Origin: Mobula hypostoma
Taxonomy: Eukaryota
Assembly (NCBI RefSeq): GCF_963921235.1
Contig: NC_086108.1
Location: 28,584,001 to 28,648,000, forward strand
Direction: 5' to 3'
DNA length: 64,000 bases
Both the position numbers and the translations under genes were made by a program. Positions 14,260-27,615 of the stretch are shown one piece after another. Position 1 is the stretch's first letter, and the number at the start of each line of letters is the position of its first letter. Below the pieces are notes generated by a model. It was not told the DNA's origin and did no database searches. It saw nothing but the letters and a program-made list of their open reading frames with translations.

Positions 14260-15110
14260 TTGCAGATGGTCGAGTGAAGCCATAAAAGGAGAACAATTCA
14301 GATAGAAATTTGGGCATAGCATTGGCAGATGAACTTAATCTTGACAAATGTAAGGAGTTCCATTTTGTGAAGTCCATTTTGTGGAAGGGCATATGCAGTA
14401 AAAAGGTACAGCACTAAGGAATGTCGATGAACTAGTAGACCTTGGGAGCTCAATTATATAGTTCCCTGACAGTAGCAACACAGCTAGATAGGGTAGAAAA
14501 TAATGCATAAGGCATGCTTCCCTTCAAAGATCAGGGCAATGAATATAAAAGTTGAGTGGTTACATTGCATCATAACAAAACACTGGTGAAGAGTATCATG
14601 TGCAGTTCTGATCAGCACAATATTGGAAGGATATGGTTGTGCTTTACAGAATACAAAAGAGTTTTGCATGGATGCTGCCAGGATTGGAGGACTTTAGCTA
14701 TTGAAGAGTGATCTGATAGACTTAGCTTCTTTTCCCTTGAGCAAAGGAGGCCAAAGGATGACCTGACAGTGGCATACAGAGTGGATAGTCAGAATCTTTT
14801 TCCCATGGTAGAGACGTCAAAAACAAGAGGTCATGGGTTTAAGATGAGAGGATGGAGTTTTAAAGGGGATTTGAAGGGAATGTTTTGTTCTGCTACACAA
14901 AGACTAATTGATAGCTGGAATGCACTGCCAAAAGAAGTGGTGGAATCAGACATAATCATTTTGTTTAAGAGACATTTAAACAAGCACCTGAATAGGCAAG
15001 GCAAAGAAGAATACAAAGCTAATAAAGGTAAATGGAATTAGTGTAGATGGATAAATAGTTTGGTATGTGCATGGGCAGATTGAAGGGCCCATTTGACAAT
15101 CTATACTTCC
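14260..15110 (+). mobile_element. Old CR1 LINE fragment
   Basis: Degenerate KTRGHGFK and SWNALP motifs. Confidence 0.72.
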
Positions 15111-16259
15111 ATCTATATGTATTCAATGGCAAATAGGCTGAATGAAATGGAATTGCTCCTCTAAAGGACAAAAGTCCTCCCAAACTGATACTTAACAAAA
15201 TAATCAATGTTAAACAACATAAACACAAAAATAAATCTTTAAAAGCCACACCAGTTGAAACAGAATTAATATTCATTTAGTCAATGGAATAGAAGTCCAG
15301 ATTTATTTTGTTAAATTGGCCACTGATGCATTGACATATTTCTTTAATTGCTGTGACACCATGGACAATATAAATAGTTCCTTTCAGAGCATCCACATTA
15401 TCAATCTCAAAAGTGAGCCCTGACAGATGATCAGTGTCTGAACTAGCATAGGAGGCAACATCTATGCTGAAGCACCATTCCATTTCTACCATTCACCACT
15501 CAACAGTATGGAGTTTAGACAACAGAAATGATGCAGCAAATTTTGCAGTTATCCCAGGCAAGACAGAATGGGAACAAATGTTTAATTCAAACATTATTGA
15601 ACTGGATTAATATTCAACACCAAAATCGATCTAGTTTCTCCCCTGAACTCACTCATTGTCCTTCTCTATGATTGCCATTAGTCTTGTATTGTTGCTGAAA
15701 GTCCCAGTGAAACATGGGAAACAATATCTACACCTGATCCAAATTTTTCCATTAAGTCAACAGAGGTCATGGGATAAAACTGGGAATCCTCAATACAATC
15801 ACAATTCACTAACAAAAACAACCAGTGACACCATCATCTAATTAAATCTGAATGACCTGGTAATGCACTGTGGACAGTGCAGCAGAAGATATGAAAAAGG
15901 AATTTGATTCCGCCATCACTGTTACTCATGAAGCAAATCCTTCTTTGACCTAACGTAGCAAAATGAATTACCTCACACTAGACACAGGTAAATTCCATCT
16001 TGTATTCCTTGGTTCACCTCCCTAGTTTATCTGGATCCTGTTGTAATCTTAGATAACCTTCCCTGTTCACTACAGTACTAATTTTAGTATAATCTGAAAA
16101 CTTACTAACCACGTTAACAACATTTTATCATCCAAATCATTAATATAGATGACAAACAGTGGATCTAAAACTATCACACCACTGGTCACAAGTCTCCAAG
16201 CTGAATTATAACCCTTCACTAACATCCTCTATCTCCTTCCACTAAGTTAATTTTGTACC

Positions 16260-17290
16260 CTATCATTTATCGATTACAGCTTGGCATTGAACATAATCAT
16301 CCCCAAAATACTAATCAACAACCTTCAATAGCTGCGCCTCTGTACCTCCCTCTCCACCTGGATCCTTGACTTCCTCACCGGGAAACCAGTCCATGGATCT
16401 TAAAATCTCCTCTTCACTGACAATTAACATAAGCACACATCATGGATGTGTGCATAGTCCACTGTTCTATCCTCTGTACACTCATAACTTTGTGGCTAAG
16501 TGTAGCTCAAATGCTATCTATAAATTCACCAATGACACCACTGTTATTGGCAGAATCTCAGATGGTATCAAGGAAGTGTACAGCAGTGGCATTGATCACA
16601 CAACTATCCCACACTCAGTGTCATCAAGACCAAGAAAATGATTGAAGACTTCAGGAAGGAGAAGTTGGGAGAACAAACACCAATCTTCATTGACGGGTCA
16701 GTGCTGGAAAGGGTGAGTAGATTCAAGTTCCTTGGCGTCAACATTTCAGAGGATCTATCTTGGCCCCAACACATTGAAGTAATCACAATGAAGATGTGCC
16801 AGCAGCTTTGTTTCATTAGGAATTTGAAGACATTCAGTATGTCACCAACAACTTTTGCAGATTTCTAAAATGTATGATGGAGAGCACTCTGATGTTGCAT
16901 CAAACTGCTAAAGAGCCTCCAAAACACAGTAATGCAATAAACTGCAGAGGGTTGTAGCCAAGTCTATCATGAGTACAACCCTTCTCACTATTGAGGTCGT
17001 CTTCAAAAAGCAATGCCTCGAGAAAGCACCATCCGTCATTAAAGATCCTTACCATCTGAGATATGCCCTCTTTGTGCTACTACCATCAGGGAGGAGGTAC
17101 AGGAGCCCGAAGACCCACACTCAACATTCAAAGAACAGCTACTTTCCCTCTGCCATCAGATTTCTGAACTGTCCATGAACACTCCCTTGATATTTTTCTT
17201 TTACACTATTTATTTTTGTGACATTTCACTGCTGCAAAACAACACATTTCACGACATATGTCAGTGATAATAAGCATGATTTTGTTTTCA
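16260..17290 (+). mobile_element. Degenerate Rex1/Babar LINE
   Basis: YKFTNDTTVIG, RFKFLGVNISEDLSW, LLPSGRRYRS. Confidence 0.82.
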
Positions 17291-17699
17291 TCTGGATCCC
17301 AAGTGAGCTTACCTTCCAGACTCGCCCACCACAAGGGACCCTGTCAGGGGTCATGCTAAAGTCCAAGCTTACAAGGCCAACTGCCTTGCTCTCAAAATTT
17401 TCATTGCCTCTTCAAAAAAAATCAAATTTGTGAGGTACCATTTCCCCCATACAAAACTATACTAATCATCCCTTTTCAGCCCCTGTCTTTACAAATGCTA
17501 GCAAACTCTCAGAATCCCCTCTCGTAGCTTTATCCATGTCAGACAACAGATGTACATTGGCTTTTTTCTTCCTTTTTTCAACTTGACATTTCCAGTCCAA
17601 GAAAGGCTCTTTATTGTTTACTCTTGATTGGTTCAAAGCAGCCCCAGAGTTCAATGGTAGTGAAACTGAGATTGTCTTCCCAAGTTCTAATTGGACATA

Positions 17700-18395
17700 A
17701 AGTTCAAAGTATAATTTATTATCAGAGTACCTACATGACACCACATACAATTCTGAAAATCTTATTCTGTGGGTATACTTAACAAATCTATAGAAGAGTA
17801 ACTGTAAACTGTAAACACTGTGCAAATGCAGATATAAATAAATAGCAATAAATGACAAGTATTTAAATAACAATATAACAGAGTCCTTAAATGACTGTAG
17901 CTATCCTCTTTTGTTCAAGAGCCTAATGGTTGAAGGGTAGTAACTGTTCTTGATCCTGGTGATGTGAGCCCTGAGGCACCTGTACCTTATACCTGATGGC
18001 AGCAGCAAAAAAAATAGTATGGCCTGGGTGGTGAAGATCTTTGATGATGTATGCTGCTTTTCTATGCAATGTTTCATGTTGATGTGCTCAATGATTGAGA
18101 GGGTTTTACCCATGATGTACTCAGCCAAATCCACTACTTTCTGTAGAATCTTCCATTCAAAGGTAATGTGTTCCCATACCAGGCCGTAATGCAGCTAGTC
18201 AGCACACTTTCCACCACACACCTATAGAAGTTTGCCAAGGTTTTCAATGCTGAGCCTCTGCAGACTCCTGAAGATGTACAGCCACTGTTGTGCTTTCTTC
18301 GCAATAATATTTATATGATGGGTCCAGGCCAGGTCCTCTTAGTGACATCCATGAATTTAAAGTTATTGACCCTCTCCACCTCTGATCCTCTGACT
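17700..18395 (-). mobile_element. Rex1/Babar LINE 3' fragment, truncated at the hAT insertion
   Basis: LLLPSGIRYRCLR...PSTIRLLN; tail near 17700. Confidence 0.8.
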
Positions 18396-19626
18396 CAGGG
18401 GTCCCCAACTTTTTTAGCAGCACTGCGGACCGGTTTCATATTGACAATATTCTTGCGGACCAGCCGACCTGGCGGGTGGGGGGGGGGGCGGTGAGGTAGG
18501 GTTGCCAACGGACAAGAGTAGGGGTAAATACGTTGTTTACACAGAGAGACTACAATGACCATGGAGCCTTGTGCGGTAACCAGTGCGCACGCGTGCCTTG
18601 CGCATGCGTGTAAGTGCCAATTTTTCTACAAATCGTTTTTGGCGATTCTGTTGGGGGTGCGGGTTGGGGGTTGGGGGGTGGGGGTTGTGTTAATCACAAC
18701 CGGAATATAGGTGATAAGTGGCTAATACACTCAATTTTGTTTCTAAAAGGGTTTATCTAAAGAATTTAATATTAAACACACAGCGCATATTTTCCTCGCA
18801 TGAATATAGCGATGAGTCAATTATCAGGGAAGGACAGGGGAGCTTGAAGTAAGTGTTGAACGAAATTCCAGTAGAAGTGGTAGAGGCAGGTTCGATATTA
18901 CTTAAAGAAAAATTGGATAGGTATATGGACAGGAAAGGAATGGAGGGTTATGGGCTGAGTGCAGGTCGGTGGGACTAGGTGAGAGTAGCGTTCGGCACGG
19001 ACTAGAAGGGCAGAGATGGCCTGTTTCCGTGCTGTAATTGTTATATGGTTATATAAGTAAGTCAATAGCATCATAACATTTTAAGTAACGTTTGGATATT
19101 AAACACACAGCACATATTTTCCCCATATGAACATATAAAACCACTGCAACACACCAGTATCGCTGAATCAGTGGGAGCCCTGGGCTTGTTTCTCTACAAC
19201 AAGACTGTCCTATTGAGGGGTGATGGGAGACAGCGATACTCGAAGGGGGTTCCTTATGTCCAGCCTATTACGCAATTTAGTTTTCATTGCATTCATTGCA
19301 GAGATATGTTGGAAATGGAAGCAACGTTTTCAGTGCTTTCGTGGCTATCTCAGGATATTTAGCCTTGACTTTGAGATCCAGAATGCCGGCAGAGATGTTA
19401 TGTCAAACATACTTTTCAGCCCGCCGTCATTTGCAAGCTCGAGGAGTTGATCTTCTTCCCACACTGACATGGATGACGCGCGGGTAATGACCTCGTATGC
19501 GTAATGGCTCAACAGTGGGCATGACAAGGAATGAGGAAAGGTGCAGCTGACTCCTATCGCCAAATCATATCGTTTCCCCGCGGCCCGGTAGCACATGCTT
19601 TGCAGCCCAGTGGTTGGGGACCACTG
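18396..19626. mobile_element. Non-autonomous hAT (Charlie-like) element with internal CR1 3' fragment and transposase remnant
   Basis: TIRs caggggtccccaac and gttggggaccactg, with a perfect 8-bp TSD ctctgact (18388-18395 and 19627-19634). Minus-strand remnant EEDQLLELANDGGLKSMFDITSLPAFWI. Confidence 0.9.
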
Positions 19627-19659
19627 CTCTGACTTATTCAAATTAAAAGCTCGTGTACA

Positions 19660-21615
19660 AAGTTGCAAAGAGTAGTAGGAGACAGGAGGATTGGGAGAAC
19701 TTTAAAAAGTAACAAAGAACAACTAAACAAGAAATAAGGAAAGGGAAGATAGAGTATGAAAATAAATTAGCACAAAATATAAAAACAGATTGCAACAGTT
19801 TTTATAAATATATAAAGCGGAAGAGGGTGGCTAAAGTCAATGTAGGTCTCTTGGAAGACAAGAAGGGGAAATTGATATTGGGTGATAAGGAAATGGCTGA
19901 GGCATTGAACGACCATTTTGTGTCAGTCTTCACGGTGGAGGACATGTCTAATATGCCAAAGAATGATGTTATGGACAAAATGGGAGGTGAGGACCTCAAT
20001 AAAAATCACTGTCACTAAAGAGATAGTGATGAGCAAACTAGAGGGCCTGAAGATAGCTAAGTCCCCTGGTCCTGATGGGATGCATCCCAGGGTGCTGAGG
20101 GAATTGACAGAAGTTATAGTAGATGCGTTGGTAATCATTTAACAAAATTCACTAGACTCTGGGTAGGTCCCAGCAGATTGGAAGACAGCAAATGTCACGT
20201 TATTTTTTTTGAAAAAGGATGTAGGCAAAAGATGGGCAATTATAGACCAGTTAGCTTAACATCTGTAGTTGGGAAAATGCTTGAACCTGTCATTAAGGAA
20301 GAAATAGCGAAACATTTAGAAAGCAGTGGTTCCATTAGAGAGACGCAGCATGGATTCAGAAAGGGCAGGTCCTGTTTGACAAACTTACTGGAGTTCTTTG
20401 AGGACATAATGTGTGCAGTGGATAGAGGGGAACAGGTGAATGTTGTATACTTGGATTTCCAGAAGGCATTCAATAAGGTGCCACACAAGAGACTTATAAA
20501 TAAGATACGGATACATGGAGTCGGAGGAAGTGTATTGGCGTGGATAGTGGATTGGTTAACCAATAGAAGGCAGAGAGTTGGTATAAATGGGTGTTTCTCC
20601 AGTTGGCAGTCAGTGGTGAGTGGGGTGCCGCAGGGGTTGGTGCTGGGCCCTCAGCTGTTTACCATTTACATTGATGATTTGGAATAGGGGACTGAGTGTA
20701 GCACAGCAAAGTTTGCTGATGACACTAAGCTGAATGGAAAAGCAAATTATACAGAGGATGTGGAGAGTCTGCAGAGGGATACAGGTAGGTTAAGTGAGAG
20801 GGCCAAGGTCTGGCAGATGGAATACAACATTGGTAAATGCGAGATCATCCACTTTGGAAGGAATAATAGAAAAGCAGATTATTATTTAAATGGTGAAAGA
20901 TTGCAGCATGCTGTTGTGCAGAGAGACTTGGGAGTGCTTGTGCAAGCTGGCTTGCAGGCGCAACAGGTTATTAAGAAGGCAAACGGAATGTTGGCCTTCA
21001 TTGCTAGAGGGATTGAATTCAAGAGCAGGGACGTCATGCTGCAATTATACAGGGAACTGTATCCAGTTCTGGTCTCCATACTTGAGGAAGGATATGCTGG
21101 CTTTGAAAGCAGTGCAGAGGAGGTTCACTGGGTTGATTCCAGAGATGAAGGGGTTAACTTATGAGGAGAGATTGAGTCACCTGGGACTATACTCTCTGGA
21201 ATTCAGAAGAATGAGAGGGGATTTTATAGAAACATACCAAATTTTGAAAGGGATAAATAAGATAGAAGTAGGAAAGTTGTTTCCATTGGTAGGTGAGACT
21301 AGAACTACGGGACATTGCCTCAGGAATTCAGGGGAGAAGATTTAGGACGGGGATGAGGAGAAACTGTTTTTCCCGGAGAGTGGTGAATCTGTGGAATTCT
21401 CTGCCCAGGGAAGCAGTTGAGGCTTCTTCACTAAATATATTTAAGATACAGTTAGATAGATTTTTACATGGTAGGGGAATTAAGGGTTATGGGGAAAAGG
21501 CAGGTAGATGGAGCTGAGTTTACGGACAGATCAGCTATGACCTTATTGAATGGCGGGGCAGGCTTGATGGGCCAGATGGGCTACTCCTGCTCCTATTTCT
21601 TATGTTCTTATGTTC
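19660..21615 (+). mobile_element. CR1 LINE, RT region to 3' tail, with frameshifts and stops
   Basis: [59 protein letters not shown]; tail (ttatgttc)n. Confidence 0.95.
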
Positions 21616-22649
21616 TTATTCAAACTTTCTCTGCAATGACTTTAACAATAATGTTCACGTATTTCATGGCTGTTTAAGTTAATGGTGCTGAGGTCAAGAG
21701 GTCAGAGAGCTTCCAGTTCCTAGGAGTAAACATTAGCAATACCTAGTCCTGGTCCAACCACATAGATGCCATGACCAAGAAAATGCACTGCCATCTTTAT
21801 TTTCATGGGAGGTTGAAGAAGCTCAGCATATTCCCATTGATTTTTATAGATGCACCACAGAGAGCATTCTATCAAGATGCATCTTAGCTTGCTGGAGCAA
21901 CTGCTGTTGTGGACAGAATTCAGAAGAGCACAAAAACCAGCCTCTCTTCCACTGACTCTATTTCTCGCTGCAGTAAAGCAGTCAGCATAACGTACCCTCA
22001 GCTTTTTCTTTGTATCATATGGAGTGAATGGGGTGTACAGCTCACTCACATTTGGTCTCCACTGGATACTCAGCTCTTACTTGTTGCTGCAAGTAGTTGT
22101 TTGCATGCAACAGTGGCCACACCCTGATCACTGCTTTGTAAGTGAGCTAAACCAGTGAGAGTAGCCAGTGGGCCTCCTACCTCAGTGAGATAGGGACATG
22201 CCTGTCCTAGCATATGAAGTCAGCTCCAGCAGACTGGACAGATGAGATCTACAGGTGGTTCAGCAGCACTTTGTGGAGAGTAAAGAACATGTCAAGACAT
22301 AGAAGTCATGGTCATCCACTGCAACCAAGGAAGGCCCCAGTTATAGCGACTACTCGTACCACTGGACCTGGACTTCTGAGATCGAGAGCGGAACTGTCCC
22401 AATGCAACAGCTTCTCCACTTCAAAAACTTTCTTGCATGTTTCCTCTCATGGTCAAATACGATGGATAACCACTATTTCCATGGAGTGAACTGAGTCGTC
22501 TACGGAAGCGATGAGGAGACAGCAGGGAGAAGACTCTGTCTGGTTGCAATTGGATCAGCCTTAATCTTAGAATTTAGATGCTAGGTTTCACCACTGTTGA
22601 GAAAGCAGATCTTTTTAGATCATCTTCCTTTATTAGATCTCTAAGTGGT

Positions 22650-23200
22650 ATTGTCTACAGCTCTGCCTTCAATACTATAATTCCAAGTAAACTCATCTCC
22701 AAACAACTAAACCTGGGACTTGACAGCTCTTTTTGCATCTGGATCCCTGACTTACTGTCCAACAGACTACAAACAGTAAGAATAGGTAGCAACACCTCTG
22801 CCACAATTATTTTCAGCAGTGGTGCTCCACAGGGCTGCATTCTCGGCCCCTTATTCTACTCCCTATACACTCACAACCACATGGCCGGATTCTGCTCCAA
22901 ACTCCATCTACACATTTGCAGATGCTACAACTGTAGTGCGCCATATCTCACATAATGATGAGTTAGAGTGCAGGAAAGAGATAGAGAACGTAGTGAAATG
23001 GTGTCATGACAACAACGTTTCCCACAATGTCAGGACAAAACAGCTGATCATTGACTTCAGGAAGAGGAGATTTATGGTGCACATGCTCCTGTTTATATCA
23101 GCAGTACTAATGTTGAGAATTTCAAGTTCCAAGGAGAGAACATCACTAATAGTCTATTCTGATCCAACTATGTAGATGCCATGAACAAGAAAGCTCACCA
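22650..23200 (+). mobile_element. Rex1/Babar RT fragment
   Basis: [33 protein letters not shown]. Confidence 0.8.
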
Positions 23201-26099
23201 AGGTGAAACAAAGGAAAGAGAGGGAAAAGGGACCAAGGCACAATTTACATGAGAGGAAGGTAAGAATAAGGAAGGGGGTATTAAGGGAGAGCTGGGGTAG
23301 GGAAAATTGAAAGAGAGGAGTCTCAGGGAAGGAGTAGGGAAAATTAATGGTCAGAGGCAAGACGGTGTGCAAGAATATCTGCACCAGAACTTATGTGTAA
23401 CTGTATCCATACTGAGAGGCACCCAAATCTGTGTCCAGTTATAAGTGTAAATTAACATCAATGCAATAAAGCCCAGTCTCTAATTGGCCTGAGATAAATA
23501 GTGCACTTGCAACACACAAGGGCAGACACTCTTCCATCCTATCTGCATAGTAAGAAATTTAGTTGATTTAGACATTTGAGATCAATATGATCTCATGCCC
23601 AAAGGGAGTTGTCTCAATAAGAGTGGTGACTTGTTTGTTGAGCCAAACACTTGAACTTTCTGATTTAGGGGGCTGGTATTCTTTTTCCATTTCTTTCTCT
23701 TGGACACAATGTTTCTTGTCTGGCAGTAATCTACAGTACAATCTATCCCAGTTTACTTTGATATAGCTAAAAGGGGGAGGCTTTGACAATGGACCTTTAT
23801 TATTTTTCATAGCTAGGAGAATTAAGCAGACTAACTGTGGAAAGTACATTGTGATCATTCAATTACGTTATAGAACATATAATAGATTGTTTTGTTGAGG
23901 TACTGACTTGCCTCAATGAAGTATTTTATACTTTACAATTCATAAATAAAAGATAATTCAGTGCCAGCACACTTCTGGTCTTAGTATTATTTTATATTAG
24001 GCAGGAAAAGGTAAGCTCTTGAGCACAAAGGATGAATAATCTGCTTACAGATGCAATCAGACATCATCTCAAGGCACCACTGCCATACAAATAGCTCTGC
24101 TGAACATAGGGAATGTTATGAATCTCCGGCTAATATCTTCCAAGGTCAGCATAGTTGAAATGCATTAAAAAGTTTGTCCTGAAAATTATGAAGATTAAAC
24201 TATCTTTCTTTAAGAAACATTTAATATTAATAAATGTAGGAAACATTTTGTTTTTATAAATGTTGTGAGTATACACATTGCTACCATTAACTATTTTGTT
24301 TCATTTTCTTATTTTGTCACCCACTCAACAATAAAAGCAATCACAACCTGGTTAAACAGTCATGCCTGTGATTACTTAAAACTTACTTTTGTTCTTCCTG
24401 CTAATTTAGTTTTCTTTCCAGGGTTTTGTAGCTTTGATTAAAAGAGCCCATATGCTCAAAGTAGGTGTGAAGTCAACAAATCAATTGCACTATTATTACA
24501 TTACTAGCACCAGGTCATGAGGGAGAAAACTGCCAGCATTTCAAACACTATTTATTTGTCAAAATGGTTAAAACTTTCATCTTTGAGCTCCATAGTGTGT
24601 GAGAAACAGGTTTCCTACCTATGTACACCTAATGTTGTGGGCAAGATTAATCTTTAACTGTGCTCTGCTGCACAGTTGAAATTACTCCAGTCCCCAGGCA
24701 CTGCACAATTCAGATAAATATAGGAGGTAGCACAACACTCGGTAAAAATGCAACCACAATAACAATAAGTTACATTATTGTGTAGTAAAGGAGAATGAAG
24801 CACTCATGTTCATGAGAACATTGTTTTATGGCTTAAAGTCAAATTCAATCATTGACAGATGAAGAGTTTTGTCCTACTTTAGCTGCCATAGAATAGGAAT
24901 AACAATGTAAATCAGGAAGTAGTCCATATACCCTTCGAATGGAAATACGGAAACACTAAGCAAAACTTAGTAAATAGAATGTAATACCATAGTTTGCATA
25001 TTTGAGCTAACAGCTGCTACACAAAGCAGAACTGCTAGAAATGTTGGCAGACATTTCATGCTTCTCAAAGTCTGCAATTTTGTTCAAATGCGTCAAGGTG
25101 TCCAAAGGGATTAATGACTCCATGAACAATTAAGATATTTTTATTAAAAAATAAAAATTAACAAGGTGAATGGCCTTCATGGTGACATTCTGGTTAAGCT
25201 TAGTTTGTCTTTTGTTTATCTCCCAGCAGGACAACTGAAAGATTGCAAGGATCCTACCAATCATGTTAATTGATCATTGACCAATCATGGCATGTCTAGC
25301 AGCTCGGTTAGTTCCCAGACCAAATGTTTCTCAATCTCCACAGACCATGCTAATCCCTCACAATAAACTGCTTGTAGTTTAGCCAGATATTTATTACTAT
25401 TGATCAGACCTGTCCCTGCTAAGACTTTTGTTCTCTGAGCTCTGGACTCTGACCTCAATTAAGTTATGAATTTCAATCCAATAGACTGCCTCACTAACTC
25501 TCCTGCTCGCTCTGACTGTAGCAATTATAATTAGCAAACACAGGAGTCATGGAAAGAGCAGCATATGGATCATGTTATTTCAATAGCAAATAAAGCTCTG
25601 GTGGCAAATAATACAAACAATATCTTAAGAAATTACACATTCCATCATTTAATTGGAAAGCTTGATTTTTTTTGGCAATATGAAATAAATCTTAAGCTTC
25701 ACAAAATTACTCCAGTGAGAAAGTCAAGACTTTACAATATTAAACAACAACCTGTATATCCACCAGAAGGGGAAGTATTTTATATACTGGGCAAAAGAAT
25801 AATACAATCACATCCATACTCGGAATATGAATCAAATATTAATACTAATGCTGTAACACTGTCTGATTAAAGTTGATATTTTGAATGGAATGGTAATTCA
25901 GCACGTTTACTTTATAGAAGTATATATAAAAAATAAATTAAATAAGTAGTACAGAAAGAAAGGGAAAAATACCAAAGAAGAGTTCATGGACCTGATTCCA
26001 TGGAAACAAATTTCAGAAGTAGAGAACTTAGTATTCTTTGTATTAGCGATTAAGGATAAATAACTATCCCATTTTATATTGTAATATAAAGTATAAATT

Positions 26100-26800
26100 G
26101 TCAGAATCAGGTTTATTGTTACTGACATACGTTTTAAAATTTGTTGTTTTACAGTGCAATACTATAAGTAATAATAATAAATATATATTTAAAAATAATA
26201 CAAAAATTGAGCAAGATAGTGAGTTTAAAAATGCAAACACGAGGAATTTATGGGTCTCGGCCTGAAACATCGACTGTACCTCTTCCTAGAGATGCTGCCT
26301 GGCCTGCTGCGTTCACCAGCAACTTTGATGTGTGTTGCAAGATAGTGAGGTTGTGTTCATGGGATCAAGGAGCGTTCAGTAATCTGATAATGCAGGGAGA
26401 AGAAGCTGTTTCTAAAGCATTGAGTGTACGACTTCAGACTTCTGTACCTCCCCTCGGATGGCAATGATGAGAAGGGGGCATGTCCTGGATGGTGAAAATC
26501 CTTAATAGATACCACCTTCTTGAGGCACCACCTCTTGACAAATGTCCTCAATGATGAGAAGGTTAGTGCCTATAATGATGCTGGCTCAGTCTACAACCCT
26601 CTGCAGATTTTTTTCTACTTGGTGCATTACAGCCTCCATAGCAGGCAGTAATGCAACTAGTCAGAATGCTCTCATAGTACAGCACATCTGCAGAAATTTG
26701 CTAGAGCCTTTGGTGTTTTAGCAAATCTCCTCAAAGTCCGAAAGAAAGATAGCCACTAGTGTGCCTTCTTTGCGACTGCATCAATATGCTGCACCCAGGA
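26100..26800 (-). mobile_element. Rex1/Babar LINE 3' fragment
   Basis: HPGHAPFSSLPSEGRYRSLK; tail tcagaatcag. Confidence 0.78.
26224..26336 (+). mobile_element. Penelope pLTR fragment inserted in a Rex1/Babar LINE tail
   Basis: gggtctcggcctgaaacatcgactgtacctcttcctagagatgctgcc is preceded by a short inverted pLTR end (aatgcaaacacgaggaa). The direct repeat gcaagatagtgag flanks it at 26211-26223 and 26337-26349. Confidence 0.82.
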
Positions 26801-27419
26801 TGGATCCAAGGCCGAGTGGAGAACCAGTGAGATTGCACCTGCAGTCAACCTATTTGTACACTACATTTGATTGTATATTGAGAGTCAAACATGATCATCT
26901 GGTACAATTCACACATCTGGAACTTTCGGGGTCACAGTCAACTTCCATATACAAGTATAGTGGACCAGAATAGATATCCTCACTATAATCCCAAAGAATA
27001 GGAAGGTTGGGGAGTTTATGGGGAAATAATTTAATTACCATTACAAATATGTGTAATTATGCTCTTGGAGGACAGCTCCTATGCAACTGGTGCTTAAATG
27101 TAGATTGAAATTGGTGCAAATTCAAAATACATTATCTCCTCTTCAAATCAATTACAATATCCCCATGTCACTCAGTGCAATGAAAATTCCAAATTAAGTC
27201 TGATCAATGCAACAGAAATCATAATGAAGTTTCCCTGGGACCAGGAAACAACACTACAATGCCAGACTGAGAATTCATTAGAAATCAAATTGCTGATTGT
27301 TCTGTTTTCCAAATTATACTAGTTATGCCAATGGATCCTCAAAAAGGAGTATCTCAGAACCAACTTAAGAAAAGCCAAAGATAAAGGTTTTGCTTTTGCC
27401 TTCAAACTATGTCATTAGC

Positions 27420-27615
27420 AAAAAACAAGCTGCAACTGCTCAATTGGTCAGGCAGCATCAGTAAAGTGAAATGGATAGTCAGCGTTTTGGCTGAGACTTT
27501 CATCACAATAGAGAGTAGAGTTAGCCAAACAAGATGCTGCCTTACCTATTGGGTTTCCAGAAACTTGTTTTTTTTTCACTTCCATATTCCAGCATCTGTG
27601 GTTTCTTGTGCCTCT
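27420..27615. mobile_element. Two degenerate Penelope pLTR fragments in inverted orientation
   Basis: A minus-strand copy (ggtcaggcagcatc...agcgttttggctgagactttcatca) is followed by a plus-strand copy (agatgctgcc...ttccagcatctgtgg). Confidence 0.6.
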
